Assembly (NCBI GenBank): GCA_051294375.1
Contig: CM119267.1
Location: forward strand, 4,695,885-4,759,884
Direction of reading: 5' to 3'
DNA: 64,000 nt
DNA from: Paraspadella gotoi
Taxonomy: Eukaryota > Animalia > Chaetognatha
The notes beneath the pieces are model-generated. The model made no database searches, was not told the origin of the DNA, and saw only the letters and a program-made list of their open reading frames with translations. Of the stretch, positions 1-12,400 are shown piece by piece. The position numbers and the translations under genes were made by a program. Positions within the stretch are counted from its first letter, which is position 1. Each line of letters starts with the position of its first letter.

Positions 1-516
1 CACCTTGACGGTTAATTCCACTACCACTACGACGTTTACTTCGACGACGACGACGACACCCACTACGATGACCACGAAAGAAACTACCTCGGTGCCCCAA
101 ACAACTACGACAACCACCTCTTCCATCTCCTCATCGACTACAACGAAAATGGCAAAAACGAAAACCTCTAAAAAAGTCAAGTCGAGCAAAAGAATCGCCA
201 AACCGACTGAAACTAAAAACGCCACTCAAAAGCGAGATCGACGGAGAGGAACGGTAGAACCCAAACCCTCTGCTTCTCCACCAGCCAGTCACGCCGGGTA
301 AGAGAAATTTAGCTTGGAAGATGAGATTCGTCCGATTTTTTTAACGCTGTCATTTCGATCGAATTTTCAAGGGCTGCATCAGGGTCTCTGTCGAACCCAA
401 GACGACAGAGGCAATCGTCCCTGGTGGCCCAATCAAAAATCAAAACCTTGCTACGCGACGACCCGGTAATCGACGATGACAGCGAGGACGACGACGACGA
501 CGACCCAAAAATGTGA
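1..516 (+). CDS. 3' part of a gene encoding a Thr/Ser-rich (mucin-like stalk) protein with a basic then acidic tail; 5' end outside window
   Basis: The Thr-rich ORF 5-301 has a GTAAGA donor at 298 (phase 2). Acceptor ttttcaag at 371 gives an in-frame last exon 372-516 (GAASGSLSNPRRQRQSSL...DDDSEDDDDDDPKM*). Family not recognisable. Confidence 0.55.
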
Positions 517-1388
517 AGACGGCTTATTGACCAATCTGTGTTATTGTTAGGCATAAAACTCCACTAGTCCATGAATTGGAACTATCGATCCTTATGTCGC
601 GGACTGCTTGTATCATTTAAAAACATTGCCTAATAAATTGGATGAATTTTCTTCGTTTTGTCTCGTTCTTTTCTTGTTTCCCCCCTCTGCCGCCCCCTCC
701 CCCTTCTTTATCCATCTCTTCTCCCACTCTCCCCACTCATCGTTTGCTCCGTAGAGTTGAGTTCCCAGTCTCGATATCCGCTCGTTGCCGAGAGTTTGTT
801 TCGCGAGCGTTCCCATTCGTTTCCTTTTGGTGCTGCGATTTGTGGAAAGCGATCAAAAGAAGTTACTAGTTACTTTTTTTTTTAGTAACAACTATTTGTC
901 GAACAGATGGTGACAGCAACGTATACCACTAAAACCTTCGTTTTAGCTAATAATGGTGGAGCGGGGAGAACCCACCCCTCCGGCCCTCGGTTTCGTAATT
1001 AACGACGTTGACAGTATACTTCCCGTTATTATTTTTGGGTTTCATCCACTCGCTTATTATTATTATCATTGATTTAACTATCATTTTGTTTTTAAGCAAG
1101 TTACGTGTATCTAGAAAAAAAAAACACTTTAGTTTCGATTTACTATGCGTTTTTCTTTTAAAATATGTTTGTCCAGAAGAGGGCTTCTGGGATTCCGTTT
1201 AGCAGTTATGAAGTGAAATCCCTGGATTTTGAATCACTGATTGTTAAAGTGCCATCTGGAATATCATCTTTCTCGCTCTAATTGCTTTTCAGATGTAACG
1301 GAACTTCTCGCAGCCATGAATTTTTCATGACTAAAAGTCATTAAGAAAAAAAGGAAAAACATGAAACTTTAAGTTACAACAATGAACC

Positions 1389-4300
1389 ATGGCAACTCGA
1401 ACAATGTTCCTCGTTTTAATTGTTTGCCATGTTTTTCTAGTCGACTCATTCAGTGCCTCTCCGTCTCGTTCGACCAACGGTGACATATCGCGGAAAATAA
1501 AAAAGCCTAAGGTAAGGACTTATCAGTTCTCGAGAGAGGAGATGTATTTCACTTACTAATTCGGATGGATGGGTTTTGCGACCGATCCCCCCTAAGTTGA
1601 CCATTCAGTCGAGTTCCTCTTCCCCTTATTTTTTCCTTCAGATTTACGACAACTTCCGCACTTGCGTTGAGACTTCGAAATGCGAAAAGCTGTCGCCAGC
1701 AAAATGTTTCGGATCTCCGCTCAAGTACACCCACACGGCAGTCGGCAAATTTGTGCCGACAAGCGAGGCCGAATGGGGCGCCGCCTCGCAGGACGAGGCC
1801 CACGAAAAGCTCAAGAAATGGGCCAAGCATTTGAAACCCTTTCCCGCTTGCTGGAAGAAAGTGCAGCCTTTCCTCTGCGCCATGTATCTACCTCCTTGCG
1901 TCAACGATACTGTGCAGGTAAACCGTAAAGGAAACGCTTTCCTAGAAAGCTTCAAGTCGAAACAAATTTAGCAATATATGATCGATTGAGCCGAGACTTA
2001 AAAAATAAAATTAATCCGCGATTTTGGTTTTGTATCGATCTGCGACCGATGAGTTCAAATTCCGTCAATCTCGTACTCGTACCTTTTATCCGTAAGTGTT
2101 TTTCTTAAGAACTAATGGGTTAAACCGAGAAATATTAGATTTCTTTTTCTTTGCCTAAAATATTTTTTTCGAAAGTTATTATGTGCTTATTACGTGCTTT
2201 ATTCTTTAATCTAAAAGTAACACCAAATATTTTCAACCTAAAATACAAATTTAAATTTTCTGGAAGCTTAATATTTTCGACAAAAACTGGTCACCTTCCA
2301 CCATATTCCAACCATAGGTCCCCATGCTCAGCCTGTGTGACGAGATCAACGACGCCTGCGCCATCATCGAAAAGACCCTGGGTTGGCCCGGGTTCCTCCA
2401 CTGCTACAACGAGCGGGGCGACGGTCACCGCTTCCCTTCCTCCTGTACCAACAGCATTACTCGTGTCAAGTTCAACACTTCGTCGCAGTGCGTGGCACCG
2501 CTAACCAGCGCAGTCTCCGACTCTGACTCGTGGTACGAGGAAACCGAGTGCGGGCTGCAGTGCCGGGACCCGCTCTTCACCAAAGCCGAGATCGATCGAG
2601 TCTCAGTCTTCATCTTCGTTTTGGGTATTTATTCGGAAAATCTCTTTCAGTGAATAATTCTTATTTGTTTATTTATTTTGTTAATTAAATATTAAAATTG
2701 TTTTTACAATTTATTGATTTAATTCTCAGCGGTTTTGTGCTTGATGACGACTGGATTTACGATCTTTACTTTCATCATCGATTGGAAAAAAGCCAATTTC
2801 TACCCTCCCCTGGTTCTCTTCTACCTCAACTTATCCTTCTTCGTCGGAACCTGGGGTTGGATGGCCCAGTTTTTTCCCGGTTCTAAGAACGACATCGTCT
2901 GCCGAGAGGGTAAGGTTCAGAAAAAAAAATCCCTAAAAATTTTATCATTTTAACCGAAACGTTTTTATTTCAATCTAATTTTTGTTTATCCCTTTTCTAG
3001 ATGCTACCATTCGTCACAGCGAACCCAAAAACGAAACCCAATCGTGCCTTGTCGTCTTTTTTATCATCTACTATTCTTTTCTGTCGGGCCTCATCTGGTT
3101 CGTCATACTTTCCTTTTGCTGGTATCTCAACTACCAGAAGGGACGCGGTGACTTGGCCAAGTTGCGCGAGTACCTTCGAGGAAAAACTGCCTATTTCCAT
3201 CTCGTGGCCTGGTCGGTTCCTTTGGTTCTTTGCATCATCATCTCCGGCATGTCAAAGGTGAGAAGAGCGGTTGAATTGGTGTCGTTTGTCCTAGTTTGTA
3301 TCCGGCGACAAGCTTCGAGTTCCGACTTGTAGAAGAATTGTTTTGTCTTTTTGCTTTGCAGTTGGACGGAGATTTCCTCTCGGGCGTCTGCTTCATGGGC
3401 TACCGGCGACGGGGATCTTCCGGGTTGTGGATGCCGATTTTTTTCGTACTCGTGCCCATGGTGTTGGCCTCGGTCACCTCGGGATTCTTTATATTCCGCG
3501 GCGTTCGGGTTCTACTGTTCATTCGAAGGACGCCGACTGGTGAGTCGATTCTTTTGGAAACATGATCCATTTACTGACTGTTGCGAAATGGTTTGGCTGT
3601 CGCAAATGCTCATTATTCAGTGTCGTTAATTTCCGCGTTTCCACGTCCCGTAGGCACGAATCCGAACAAAGCCCCCGTGGTTCCACGCATCTCCCCCGTG
3701 ATGACCCGCATGGGCGTTTTCTTTTCCTTCGCCCTCCTCATCATCGCCACTTCCTTCGCTTGTCACGTCTACGTATTCGTCAATCAGGCGGCGTGGGAGC
3801 AGGCCTTACGCGGCTACGTCGTCTGCCGCGCCGGGGTCCACGGCGACGACGACACCGCCCTTTCCTCGCCCGGCGACAAGTGCTTCCAACGTCTTTCCGC
3901 TCGCCCCAACGTCTCCATCATGCAGCTCCACATCTTCTGCTACTTTGCCGCAGGGATGCTGATGTCCTTGTGGGTTTGGAACGCGAGATCCCTCGCCACC
4001 TGGAAGTCCTTCTTCCGTCGCTTGAGGAGATGCGGGAAAAAAACTGGCGGTGGCGTCGTCGACGGTGGCGCCGAGAGCGGCCGCGACGGGAAATTACCCG
4101 AGACTTCGTCCCGCCGCCGTCAGGAGACTGGAGTGGCCCTCAACCCGGGAGAGCTGATGCCGTTCACGGGTGTCGGGGAAGCTGGCTCAGCGACCGACGA
4201 CCCCATCGGCATGGGGTGGGAGTTGAACAGTTTGACGACCGCCTCGCAGATCTCGTCTTCGTGGACTGCCGCTATTCCAAACATAATCCTCCGGCGTGGC

Positions 4301-6130
4301 GGCGGTTCGGGCACCCTCGGCGCCAAGGCTGACTCTTCGACGTCATTCTCGGACGGACTCGCCGCCGCCGGCCGTCAGCGGCGTCTATCCATTGACAGTC
4401 ACGCGAGCGGAAGCCAAGCGGCCGCGGCGGTGCTCAACCGCGGCACTCGTCGCACCGCCCACGCCATGCGCAAGCGCCGTATGCGTCAGCCGCCGCTCAA
4501 CGACCTCGCGTCGACGTTTAAACGACGCAACAGCGACACTTCAGCCTCTTCGCTGGCCATCGGCGCCGGTCTCCAGGGCCACGCCCTTCATCCCCTTCGC
4601 AAGAGCCTCTCCAATTCCCAAAACTCTCTTTTCCAGGAGACGTCGTTCATGGGCGCACACGCGCTGGGAAGCGCTCGTTCGCTTTTCACGCGCAGCGCGT
4701 CTGAGCTAAATTCCGGCGTAGAATCTGACCGAAACTCGATCGCCCGCGTTCCGTCGACGGCGGCGACAAAACGGGCGCCATTCCGTCACCGGAAGGAGAG
4801 CGGGACGAGCAAGGGCGCCGAGACGGAGAACGAATCTATCGCCGGGGGTCCGTGGGGTCTCAACGGATTTCCTGGCTTTTCCCCCCAGATGCCGTTCATG
4901 AACGACCCATATTGGGCGTCCCAGCTGGGTGGCGGAGGCGGGATTCCCGGCTACCCGTATGCCGGAGGCATGCTCAACCCCTTCCCCGGCATGTTCCCGC
5001 CGCCAAACGTGAACGATCAGGCGATGAACGCCGCGGCGGCCGCCTTCGGTATGGGTCTGCCCTTTGGAGGCGCAAACACCGCCCAGATGGCCGCAATTTC
5101 GGCGATGATGAGAATGACCGGCATGGCCTCGCCCATGTTCCCTCCCTCCTCCTTCGGAGACTCGGCCTACGCCGCCTCGCTGAATCCGCCTCGTCGACAG
5201 ATCAGCGGTCACATTCCCGGGCGTGGTTCGTCAGTGTCGGAGGCGGTCATGGCTCAACAGGCCGAAATCTCCGGCTCCGACAACGAGTGGTCGACCGGAA
5301 AGAAAAGCGGGGTCGGAAAACCCTCCGGCGGAGTCTCTTCGCACCGGCAGAGTCGCTCCGCCAATCGGGGCGCAAATGACGGAACTCGCGAGCGAGGTGC
5401 GACCGGCGGAGCGACCGGCGGCGCGACTGCCGCCGTTCCACCCATGGGTTTCACCTCTATCGCTGATGTTGTCGCCTTTCAGATGGCAATGCAAGCTCGC
5501 GAGGCGGCCGGCGCCGCGTCGGCGTCGCATGCCGCCGCGCCCGCGACTGACAATCCGCTCGCCAACATGACAGTCTGCTCGATGCAGCAGAACGTCAATC
5601 TGGATTCCAATGTGCCCGTACCTCAGAATCTCCCCAGCATGATCACCTTCAATCTGCAACATTATCAAAAACTCTTCAGCTTAGGCTCGTCTCCTGCGTC
5701 GCCGACGCCGCAGCCGCTGAGCACGGCCAACCTCAACACCATGAACATGAGTCAAGCCCAGCAGATCGCCGCCGCCCAACAGCAAATGCACGCAGCTGCT
5801 CAGCAGCATTTTCATATGATGGCCGTTCAACAGCAGATGATGATGGCAGCTGCGACGGCTGCCCATCAACACCAGCAGCAGCAACAACGTCAGAATAAAC
5901 CCGGTGGTTCTTCTAGAGCCGCAGGGGGTGGGGGCGGAAGCGGCCCTGTGCCCGGTTTCCATTCTTCAACGCCTTCTAAGGTTTTAGATCCTAACGCGAA
6001 TGTAAAGAACGGTTCCGACATCATGACAGTCGCCAAGAGGAAGGGACCCGAAAAGGGCAGCTTCAGGCGCAGCCATTCCAGACAATCCAGGCCTCCGAAT
6101 GCCAGTTTCGAGAGCATAGCTACCGAATGA
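1389..6130 (+). CDS. smo: Smoothened (class F GPCR, Hedgehog transducer), 7 exons: 1389-1511, 1642-1917, 2318-2624, 2730-2909, 3001-3257, 3362-3539, 3654-6130
   Basis: Signal peptide MATRTMFLVLIVCHVFLVDSFS; CRD (SQDEAHEKL..W, CWKKVQPFLCAMYLPPC, LGWPGFLHC); linker WYEETECGLQCRDPLF; TM motifs IDWKKANFYPP, YFHLVAWSVP, LDGDFLSGVCFMGY, CHVYVFVNQAAWE, GMLMSLWVW. All introns are GT-AG with consistent phase. Confidence 0.96.
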
Positions 6131-7634
6131 TATTTTTTTTTTACTGTCTAGACTCTAGTTTTATATTTGAACGATCCGTGGTTGGTTCACTCGCTCCTTA
6201 TCCGGGTAGTTTATGTACTTCTTTTATAACACGATTTTCTCTTTATCGACTTTTTATTTTCGTTTTTTGGCGTTGAAAAAATAACACGAGTTGTCTTTGC
6301 ATGTGGTTTAGCATGGATCCAGTGTGCCTTAACGGAGTTTATTACTAATGATGTTTACTCTCCTCATTATTATTGACCCAGATAATTTTTGTATCATAAG
6401 TGTGCTAATTGTTATGTTTGTCGTTGTTCTATTTGAATTAATTAATTTTAATTTTTCGATGAAATCCAGTTACGGCAGTTTCTTATATTTTATGATCAAG
6501 ATTTTTTTTTCTTGTTTCTTGCAGATATAATAAAGTTCAAGACGATGATTATTTCTCCTTCTCAATGGCTTTAGCAACTTCCACCCAAGACTCGAAAGTA
6601 CCGCCAATGAGATTTGGTTCAATACCCCAAAAATTTTTGATTTCTTGTAAGAAAAATGTTTTAACTACGAACCGGGTTAGAAATACCGTAGGTACAGATT
6701 GTTTCATAACGTCCCCATTGCAACTTGAAATAAAATTCATATCAAAACATGAATTGAAATGTTTTTCTCTGTAGAAACACTGCCAACAGGCACTTTAGCG
6801 CAATAGCTCATTCTCCCTATAAACTTATTTCATACCCTAGTTTTGGTTGTCCGTAAACAAGCCCAAGAAACATATTCTCAATTAAATTTGAAGGGCAGCG
6901 GTTCCTGAGAGAAAAATGTGTTTTAAACAAATTCGTTATAATACTAATTTTAATTGACGTTGAATCCGGCGTTTTGGTAAAAAAATTTTCCCGGAATTGA
7001 GACGACCTCGTTGTCGCATGATTTACCTCACACAATGCTCCCGGTTATTAACAATCATAGAGAATTTGCCTGGTTTGGATCTCTGGTGAAGACAATTAAT
7101 TGCGTCATCTGAAAATTTAATCGCCGAACTAATAATAATGATGTAGCATGATCACCTTTTCTTCCATCAATTTATCAACGTCTTCAAGTATATAAGCTTC
7201 AAGAATATATTTCGTTTTGGTTCTCGTTGAATCATTTAGTCGCTACTTGGCAATTTATTAGTGTTCCGTAGGTATAGCGCCACACGTAACTCCTTTTTTT
7301 TTTCTCCCCTCAGCAGCTTAATAGATTCTCCTTTTTTTATTTTTTTTTGTTGGCTCAAAACTAAAAGTAAACTCACGGTATTGGCCGCACGAGGTAACTC
7401 GCCCATCCGTGTAAGTTGGAACTTTAAAAAACCAGTTTGCCCCCTCCTTCGTTATCCTTTTTCCCCCATTTCGACTCGGCGTTTCAAGTCGCATTCGCCC
7501 TCACGTTGTTGTTCTGCGCCCTTTGGTTATTCGTTTATTCCGACTCGACGGTTTCCTGGCGGAAATCGCCCCACTTGTTCTACCTGCGAGATCTTAATAG
7601 CACCGACCACGAAACACCCTGCAGCGCTTACGAA

Positions 7635-8877
7635 ATGGACCCCAAGGTGGGTGGGTTTCGAGATGTGTTTTGTATTGAAATTACTATATCCTCAGTTCCA
7701 TACCTATTTGTTCATTTGTCCACTGTTTAGAGACATAGTTCGAAAAAGAAAAAGGTATTTCACTTATTTCAAACAGTTATATTTGTTTTCGTTTTTTGAT
7801 TAAAATTTCAATTCAATAAATGAAACTGCCACTCAAACCGGCTCACTCCACACCCACAGGAGCCTTTCGACATCGCGTTGGTCCGCGCCGCCTTCAACGA
7901 GTGCCTGTCGAGTCCCCAACTCAACCTGGATTCTTACATAACCGCATACAAGGAACTCTCTCGCTTTTTTCGTATTTTGGGCGCCGCCTTTGGCTTCGTC
8001 GCCCAGGACGTCGACGATAAGATCGAGATTTTGGAGAAGCATCGGTTCGTAACTCGCTTGGTTTTTTTTTTTTTAAGTCTGACTTTTCGATCAAACGTTT
8101 CTTCAAAAGTTAGAGAATTTGTTACAATGAGTGAATGACATTAAGCGTGTCGAGCGTAGGACCTTCCTAAAATTGTAAAAACATTATGTATGATGATTAC
8201 TTGTTTATATTCGGTAAATAATAGTTGAAAGTGATGAAATGTTTTTCAATCCAATGGCAGTTTTTTTTTCACTCAGCGCTTCGCCTAACAAAGATCATTA
8301 CGTGACGATTGAGCAGATGCTCGACTTCGAGGTGGAATCCAACACAGCGGATACTGGCTACGCTCCGGCTCCGTCTGGCGCGCGGACGCTGCTCCGACTC
8401 CACCGCGCCCTCGAGTTCGTCATTCAGTTTTTCGGTGGGAATTAAATAAATTGCGGTGTGTTGATATTTAAACTCCTTAACCATTTCTACTTCCCAACTC
8501 TGCCCTTAGACAAGTTAAAAGACGCTCCCGAAGATTCGGGCACGAGTCAGATTGCTCGTCAATGCTACGACGCCACCCTCTCCAAGTACCACCCGTGGCT
8601 CGTCCGGAAAGGCGCCACCATGGCCATGTACTTGCTCCCTCCTCGCCGGACGCTGGTCGGCAGCATGTGCAAGACCACGATCGAGGAAGCGGTCCGTTCC
8701 GAGTCGAGGGATCAATTTTTTTTTTGTGTTTAGATTCTCTTGACTTTTTTTGCCCATTTTTCTCTTCTTTTTTTTACACAGACGGCGATGGTTCCGGACG
8801 TCGTCAAAACGGGGCAGGACATTTTCGACGCTACGCAGAATTTTTATTCCCATAGAAATTTGCTCGAGTTGGCGTGA
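7635..8877 (+). CDS. CPTP: Ceramide-1-phosphate transfer protein (GLTP fold), exons 7635-7646, 7860-8044, 8277-8434, 8510-8691, 8782-8877
   Basis: Spliced product MDPKEPFDIALVRAAFNECL...LGAAFGFVAQDVDDK...SGARTLLRLHRALEF...LSKYHPWLVRK...NLLELA* follows CPTP/GLTPD1 end to end and keeps the D-x3-K, R-x3-R and H headgroup-binding residues. Confidence 0.9.
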
Positions 8878-9485
8878 AAAAATATTTTCGCTTCCCGGTC
8901 GTCATTCCATTTTTTTACTCTCATGTAGTACGCATGCTATTTTGATTTGTTCGTTATGAACGCCCGCGCGCTCGTCGTGATTATCACATTCGTTGATGGG
9001 ATTTTATTTATTTTTTCACCAAGTCACTTACTCGTGCTAATTATATAACTCCGAACGGTAGATTAAAATATTTTTGGGGAAATGGGGATCGTAGAACAAA
9101 AATAATTATATAAAAAAAAAGGCATCAAAGCATAACACGCCCTCTAGTCTCGATTGATACGATTATATCCAGGTTTCGGCTCGGGTTTTTCATTTTATTT
9201 TTGTTTTTAGCGAGGATGACATGAGACGTGGACCAAAATTAATCTAGTCCCCCTCCCCTTTCCTACTGAACCAAACATTTCGAATCGCGCGTTAAACTTT
9301 CTCGCGAAACTTTCTCTCACCGGCGACGATATTTCTAAAAAATCCTCCCTAAAAATATATTCGCGACAAAGAGAAAAAACGACGACGTTCTCTAAGTATT
9401 AAAAGCGAGAAGGGTTCCTCGTCCCCTTCAACTTTTTCTTCTTCCGTCAACTCGTCTTAAATCCTCTATAATCACAGTAGTGACG

Positions 9486-12400
9486 ATGTCGCTCCAACGG
9501 AAAAAGATTCAGTTTAACATCGGCGGTCTCGCCAAGTCTCCGGGAGCCGTTTCAGCCGCCGCCCCAGCGTCAGCGGCTACCGCAGAAGATAACGCGTCCG
9601 TGGGTCGCTACTCTCCCACTCGACCGACCGCTAGTCCGGAACGTAAGAGTATTTTGTTTATTTTTTTTTCGATTATTATTTCTCAACGTTAGTTTTTTAT
9701 TCCTCGTCTCTCTCTTAGCGACCGCTTCTGCCGGTGGAACGTTGCCGGTGCGTCAAGTGACGTCGGACATGATCTCGAGCCTGCGACGGAAGACGAGCCT
9801 GGGCGAGATCGGCCATCGACTCAGCTTTCAGAAAGGTAAGTGAAATTTAAAATTCGCTTGACGATCTAGAAAAACTTTGAATTACTACATTTTTATATTT
9901 TTTTTAGCGGTGCCTAAACTCGATTCTCCTTCGTCATCCGAGGCGCAAAATTTCGAAGCCAATCGAGAAAAAATTCTCAAACAACTGGATTCACTTGAAG
10001 AGTTTCCGCCGCTCAACGCCATTAACGTGAGATTTTAATTCGGTTCATGGTTTTAATCAAATAGTTGCTTTAATTAACTTTTACTTAAGGACGACGACGA
10101 TTTCGTCTCGAACAAAGAGGAAGAAGAGGCGGGTCCCCTTAATAAAACCTCCTCGGCCAAGAAGAAGAAAAAACGACGCAGCAAAGACTCTGAGGAAAAC
10201 TACAAAGACGACGAACCGAAACGAAGGAGCGGCGAGTTCCGATCTCCCGCCAACGTTACCGTCTCTTCCGCCCTGGAAGTCGACCGCCCCCGCTCCCAAG
10301 CTTCTCGAGGGCGCGACAGATCGGGAGAAGTCGAAGGCCTCGACGATTCGCGGGATCGATCGAGACCAGATTCTTCGGAAGATCTGCGCATGAGCGAAAA
10401 GAAGGGAGACGAAGAATCCTCGAGTCAAAAACGCCGGAGCCAAAGGACGATTAATGACTTCGAAACTTCTCGAAGGAGGGAGGCATCGCCCGATCGATCC
10501 AGACGTGACAGGCCTAGAGAGAGGGACTATCGAGACCCTAAGGAGAATCGAGAGCGACGTCGCGAGTCTGACCGGAGCCGGGACAGTGAGCACGGCCGTG
10601 AACAAGACCGCAGCCGTGAGCGCGACCGTAGCAGGGATCGGGATCGAGTCCGGGAAGGCGATCGATCTTGGGACGATAGCCGCGGTAGAAATCTGGATAG
10701 AAGTCGGGAAGCCTACCGTCGAAACAATCGAGCTGGAGACCGCGGTCGCGACTTGGATCGACGTCGCGACCGAAGCTTAGATCGAAGCAGAAACGACGAT
10801 CGCGCTCATTACCGAGAAAGGAATATTGATCGTACGCGTGACCGGAGCGCGGATCGTACTCTTGACCGGAGTGCTGATCGTACTCTTGACCGGAGTGCGG
10901 ATCATACGAAAGACCGTTTCGCCGATCGTACTAGGGACCGCAGCGCAGAACAAAGCCAAGATCGATTGAGTCTTCTTACTCCCTCCAAAACTTCTCGCGC
11001 TTTAATCGATGAAAAGGGGGACCGTCGACGCCCGAGGGAAAAGAGCCCGGATATTGACAACGAGAAAGCAGCGGATCAATGGGAGAAAAATCTTCTAACT
11101 AAACTTGATGAATCGCATGGAAGCGACGGGAAATCAGCGAGACACCGCGAGGAACGACGCAAAGAGGACGATATTAACGAAAGCAGCGACCGTTCTAGCC
11201 ATAAGCGAAGCGAATTAGAAAGCAAATCCATCGGAAAGAAGGATATGGTGCCAGAAAAACGTCGCGATAGCGAACTCCTAAAGGAAGGTCGCGAGGTCAA
11301 AGATGAGCAGCTCCATAAGTTGCCAGGTGGCAAAGCGTGGGATAATCGTGATTGCGATTCTCTCAATAAAGCCCGGGAAGACTACAACTCGCTAATTAAG
11401 TCTCGCGACACGAGAGACGATTTAGATGGAAAACGAAATAAGGACGACCGTCACTCTGATGAGATTCGGCTAAGTAGCAGCTCTTTACCAGATAACGACG
11501 AGGAAAACGAATGCTACGAATTCACCAAGTCTAATCCAGGGGAGAAAAGATCGTCGCGGCGACGGGCAGAGGATGACAGGGTTAAAGAAGGAAGAAGTTT
11601 TGGACGAATCTCGGAATATCAGCTCGGCGATCGATCTCCTTCCGTTTCTCCGGTTCCCTTGATCGAGGAGGCACGGAATATTCGTCGACTGGATAAATCA
11701 AAATCGAATTTTGAAGAATCGTTAAAAACGCCTGTTTCGGAGTTAAAATCTCCGACTAAAAAGATTAAACCCTTGATGGAAGGTATCGAAAAAACTCCTT
11801 ACTTGACTAAAACTGAGGAGCGAGGAAAGCAAAAAACTGTGGCGAAAGAGCAAGATGTTTTTGACACTTCGGTGATTGACTTGCAAGATATTCCTATGCC
11901 TACAGCTCCGAGAATGTCAGAAGGAAAAGAGGGTGGTAAAAACAGCTCGATAGAAAGTAAATTATTAGAAATTTCATCGTGTGGATTTGACGAACTTGGT
12001 TATACAAGCAAAAACAAAAGTGTAGATCACAAGATGGAAATTTGTGAAAAAGATGAATTAAAAAGTTTTGACGGACCAAAACTCGCGCACATTCAGAACG
12101 AAAAAAGAAGTTCGCGCTTTAGTTCTTCTAGTGAAAATCTGGAATTAGACGGTAAGAATAAGATGCTATTAAAGATTCGCGATAAGTATGTTTCAAGGAA
12201 AGAAAAAATAAAATTACGAGAAGAGCGTAATGATGATAGCTTACTTTCGGCTCAAATCAGCGATGATAATAAAGTCTCGAAAAATCAATTTTCTCCAAGC
12301 AAGGATTTAGTTCTTTCTCCCCCACTACCGATCAGGCCTCCTTCCCCTCCACCTCCTCTGCCTTATGATACTACTCATTCTACACCCACCCCTAAGTTTG

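Noticed and set aside
309-554. Minus-strand 81-aa ORF
   Set aside because: Antisense shadow of the plus-strand last exon 372-516.
2030-2075. B-box-like gagttcaaattcc in smo intron 2 as tRNA or SINE head
   Set aside because: No convincing A box or cloverleaf.
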